DNA of 64,000 bases, taken from Azolla caroliniana. Lineage: Eukaryota > Plantae > Polypodiophyta. A program made the position numbers and the translations under genes. Location: contig JBHGNT010000001.1 in the NCBI GenBank assembly GCA_043228905.1, forward strand, positions 16,616,001 to 16,680,000. Reading direction: 5' to 3'. Below, in pieces: positions 59,611-64,000 of this stretch (position 1 is the first letter of the stretch; the number at the start of each line of letters is the position of its first letter). Below the pieces are notes generated by a model. It worked only from the letters and a program-made list of their open reading frames with translations. It was not told where the DNA came from and searched no databases.

Positions 59611-62600
59611 TGTAGATAAATGCACGGAATGTCACTCGGCCACAACCGAGTAGTAAATCACTTCTATAAGAATCAAACACAGAAATGGGAAGTGGAGAAT
59701 ACAGAAGAAAATGACACAGGATGTTTATGTGGAAAACCCTAATAGGGAAAAACCACGGGAGCCCACAGACTCCTAACTATCACTATGAAGAGAAGGGGTA
59801 TAATCAGAGACTCGGAGGCAACGACCTTGAGCTCTGTTTCTTCGCACAATGGCTGTTACAACAGAGTATCCCTCTGTATCTCTCTCTCTCCCTCTCACTC
59901 TATATATACAGTTACAACAATATGACAACAACACAACAACCACACAAAGTGATTGCCCTAAGTCATATTTATAGTTATATGAACTCAGGGCTATTTACAA
60001 ATATAGCCTCAATGGGCTTATTCAAGATATATTTACAAATCTATCTTCTCTTCCGGTTCTCACTAGGTCCACCGATCCGGTTTCCGGATCTCTTCCGGTT
60101 CTCACCGGGTCCACCGATTTGGTTTCCGGATCTCTTCCGATTCTCAGCAGCTCTTCTTTATTCATCACCGGATCTCATCCGGAGAGACGGATTTCCCAAC
60201 AATCTCCCCCTTCACTCTAGTATTAGATGTCTTGTAACTCTGGTCCGCCTCCAGCATGCGTCTAGCTTGTCAGGTGTCAGCACCTTGGTAAGCATATCCG
60301 ACCCCTTCTCCTCTGTGTGGATCTTTGTCAGCACGAACTCTCGATCTTCAACTCGCTCCTTGATCCAGTGGTGCCTATGCTAGATGTGCTTCGTTCTGGA
60401 ATGGTATGCCGTGTTCTTTGCAAGGTGGATGACACTTTGACTATCGCCGTAGAGCCGGTATTCCTCTTGCCGGATCCCTAGCTCTTTGATGAAGTCCTTC
60501 ATCCATAATATTTCCTTGCCGGCTTCCACGGCTACCATGTACTCCGCCTCCGTGGTTGACAACGCAACCGTCTTTTGCAGCCTTGACTACCACGAAACGG
60601 CTCCCCCTGCATAGGTCATGACATATCTAGAAGTGGACCGGCTGGTGTCCACATCAGCCGATATATCCGAATCGGTAAAGCCTTCCATGAGGGGTTTACC
60701 GGAGCCGAATCAGAGGCACATACTCGAAGTGCCCTTCAAGTACCGGAGTATCCATTTTACCGCATTGCAGTGCTCTTTTTTGGGGTTGTTCATGAACTGA
60801 CTCACCACTCCGACTGCGTATCCAATATCCGGTCGAGTACACACCATTGCGTACATCAAGCTCCCGACCGTAGAGGCATATGGAATCTTCATCATATCTG
60901 CCTTCTCTACCCTTGTCTTAGGGCTTTTCTTACCGGATAATCTGCAGTTTGCCGGGAGTGTCGATCCGACCGGTTTTGCTTCTAACATGTTAAACCGCTG
61001 AAGCATCTTTGTCAAATAGTTTTCCTATGACGGCCACAATTGCTTCTTTGACCGGTTCCGGATGATGTGCATCCCCAGTATCGGTCTTGACGGACCCAAG
61101 TCTTTCATTGAGAAGGTCTAGTTAAGGGCCTTCTTCAGCATTCGTATCTTGACTTGGTCTCGTCCGACAATCAACATGTTGTCCACGTATAGGAGCAATA
61201 TCAGGAAATCTCCTCCATCAAATTTCTTAACAAACACGCAGTGATTGGCTTGCGTCTTGTGGTGCCCTTGGTCGGTCATGAAGGAGTCGAACTTCCGGTA
61301 CCATTGCCGGGGAGCTTGCTTCAGTCCGTATAGGCTCTTCTTCAGCCGGCACACCAGGTGCTCTTTCCCTTTCTTCTTAAATCCTTCCTGTTGCTACATG
61401 TAGATTTCCTGTTCGAGGTCACTATGGAGGAATGCCATCTTCATGTCCCCTTGCTCTACCTCGAGGTCCATGCTTGTCGCTATGCCCAGTATCATCCGGA
61501 TGGATGTCATCTTTACTACTGGGGCAAAGATCTCATCAAAGTCCACTCCTTTCTTCTGCTGGAAGCCCTTCACCACGATTCGGGCCTTATACCTTGGTGG
61601 ATTTCCGACGTCTCTTGGTTTGAGCTTGTACACCCATTTGTTTCGGAGTGCCCTCTTTCCTTTTGACAACTCCACCAATTCGTATGTGTGGTTCTCATGC
61701 AGGGAATCCATCTCATCCTGCATGGCACTCAACCACTTGTGGTTGTGGGTGTCTCTCTTTGCTTCTTCAAAGCTTTCCAGCTCCCCCTCATTGGTTAGCA
61801 ACACATGCTCTGCATCTGGAAATCTTTAGGGGGCTCTTCTCTCCCGGAGAGGATATCTCCGTCCTTGGTTTCTGACTGCCAGTTCCTCCGTCTTTTCTGA
61901 ATCCGAATCCGATTCGGGATCTTGTCTGGTTCCGGTGTCTTCTTCTTCTTCGGTCGGTTCGGTTTCTTGTCCGAATCCGTCCGGTTCGTCGAGTGTCATC
62001 CGGTTAACGGCTAACATCCGGTTTTCAACCGGGTATAAACTTTTGTCCTCAAGATGGTTTTCAATGGATGATCCGGAGTTCGTTACCTTCTTCTTCGACT
62101 CCTAGTCGGCAATGGTCATGTCTTCCATGAAGACTATGTCCCGACTCCGGAACACCTGTCTATCGACCATATCCCACACCGGTACCCAAACTCATCATCA
62201 CCGTATCCAAGGAATATGCATGGCCGGGACTTCGGATCTAGCTTTGCTCTCTTGTCCTTCGCCACATGCGCGTATGCAAGACACCCGAACACCTTCAGAC
62301 GCCGGTAAGACACATCCTTACTGGTCCATACTTTCTACGGTGAGTCTCCTTCCAAGGGTACTAAGGGTGATTTGTTTATCAAATAGGTCGTTGACATCAG
62401 CGCCTTAGCCCAAAATGCCTTGGGTAGCTTGGCATGTGCGAACATGCTCCGGACTCTCTCCATTATGGTCCGGTTCATCCTTTCGGCCAACCCGTTTAGT
62501 TCCAGTGTCTTCGGCATGGTGAATTCGAGCTGGATTCCCTTCGATCGGAAGTACTCCTCGAATTGCCCCCGGTATTCTCCTCCGTTATTTGCTCGAACCG

Positions 62601-64000
62601 CCTTCAGCTTCCAGCCGGTTTCTCTTTCCATTCTCATGTGGAGTTCCTTGAAGAAGGATAACACTTGGTCCTTCATCTTCAATGGTGAGACCCACAGCTT
62701 CCGGCTATGGTCTTCTATAAATGTTATGAAGCACTGTGATCCAGCATGTGACTTCGTGTCAACTTGACACACATCGTTATGCACCAGCTCCAGTGGTACA
62801 TTCTATCTGATCGGTGGTCTTGACCGGGAGGTACGGTTTTGCTTGCCGGCCAGACACTCAGTGTACTTCTCAAGTTGCATGTCCTTCACCGGAATGAGAT
62901 TCTCTTCGGCAAGACTCTTCATCCCCTTCTCACTCATGTGACACAACTCACCGGCAGTGTCGGATGCTACGTTCACTTCTTCCCGGAATATCTGGGCATT
63001 CATCAAGTACAGTGTGTTGACCTTCCGGGCTCGAGCCACTATTAAGCTCCCTTTGCTGAACTTCATGACACCGTTCTAGATGCTACCTGTGTAGCCTTCA
63101 TCATCTAGCCACCCGGTTGATATGATGTTCAGTCAAACCTCCGGAACGTGTCAGACATCCTTCAGCAGCAACTTGCATCCGGTTGATGTCGTCAACAGCA
63201 CATCTCCTATGTCGATAATTCGGCATGTCCCTTCATTCCCCATCTGGACACAGCTGTGCTCACCGACTGTGTAGGATGAGAAGCATTACTGGTATGGGGT
63301 AAGGTGGAATGACGCTCTGGAATCGACAACCCACGTTGTCTCGTCGACGGCAAGGTTCAACTCACTCTCCTCGATGATGAGCATTAGTTCCTCTTCACTT
63401 GCCGCGATCACCATCGTTCCCTTCTGGTCCGGGCCTCGCCGATCCGAACCGTTTCGGTCCAGTGACTTCTTCGAATTAGTACTGTCGGTTCCCTTGTCCT
63501 TCCAGAAATGCTGACAGTTCTTATGGAAGTGCCCCGGCTTTCCGCAATAGAAGCAAGTGGGCCTCCCCCTTGACTTTGACCGTGTCCCCGACTCTTCCTG
63601 GTTTTGGGGACTCCGATTCCTTTGTCTTCCACGTTCCGATTTGGTAAGGAGGGCTTTGGTGTCAGATATTACCTCCTTGTCTTTCCGACGCGCCTCCTCA
63701 TCTAGCAAGCTCGACTTGACCCTTGCTAGGGATAACTGTTTTCCTTCCGGCCCGGCGTTGCCCAACGTGACAACTAACGTCTCCCAGCTATCCGGGAGGG
63801 AACCGAGCAAGAGTAGAGCAAGTACCTCATCGACGAGAGGTACTTCCAATGAGGTTGCTTGGTGTATCAGCCCCTAGAAGGCATTCATGTGCTCCGCCAT
63901 ACTGGAGCTGTCTTGGTACCGGAGCCTCACTAGCTTCCGAAATACCGAAACCCGATTGACGACATTCTTGTTCTAGAACATGATGTTGATCTTCTCCTAG
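59611..64000 (-). mobile_element. decayed Ty1/copia family B running off the window; 3' LTR 59611-60201, PPT 60204-60217
   Basis: gag (63286-63849), IN, RT and RH fragments colinear with the intact element; LTR resembles 12933-13498. Confidence 0.93.

Overview
Eukaryotic (land-plant) genomic DNA, not prokaryotic. A fern or lycophyte source is plausible from the element types but is inference only. Most of the window (roughly 85-90% by eye) is a nested pile of LTR retrotransposons. These are at least three Ty1/copia families, Ty3/gypsy relics including an Athila-type PBS, four solo LTRs with target-site duplications (TSDs), and a 5'-truncated RTE/RTEX-like LINE. One copia (7154-12745) is structurally intact: ~99% identical 745-bp LTRs, ACCTC TSD, Met-PBS, PPT and an open 1346-aa gag-pol. 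The only host gene is a 4-exon GH3 acyl-acid amido synthetase on the minus strand (41953-38429, 570 aa). No CRISPR, rRNA or true tRNA gene is present. I cannot demonstrate a new biological system. The best candidates for a second look are: (i) a copia whose 3' LTR has captured its own upstream flank (satellite plus tRNA-like promoter); (ii) a LINE 3'UTR present in both LTRs of one element; (iii) tRNA-type A/B boxes inside a solo LTR and in a dispersed repeat; (iv) a basic C-terminal extension of a copia pol behind a duplicated PPT; (v) strong CCGG enrichment in the TEs. All coordinates and counts were read by eye.
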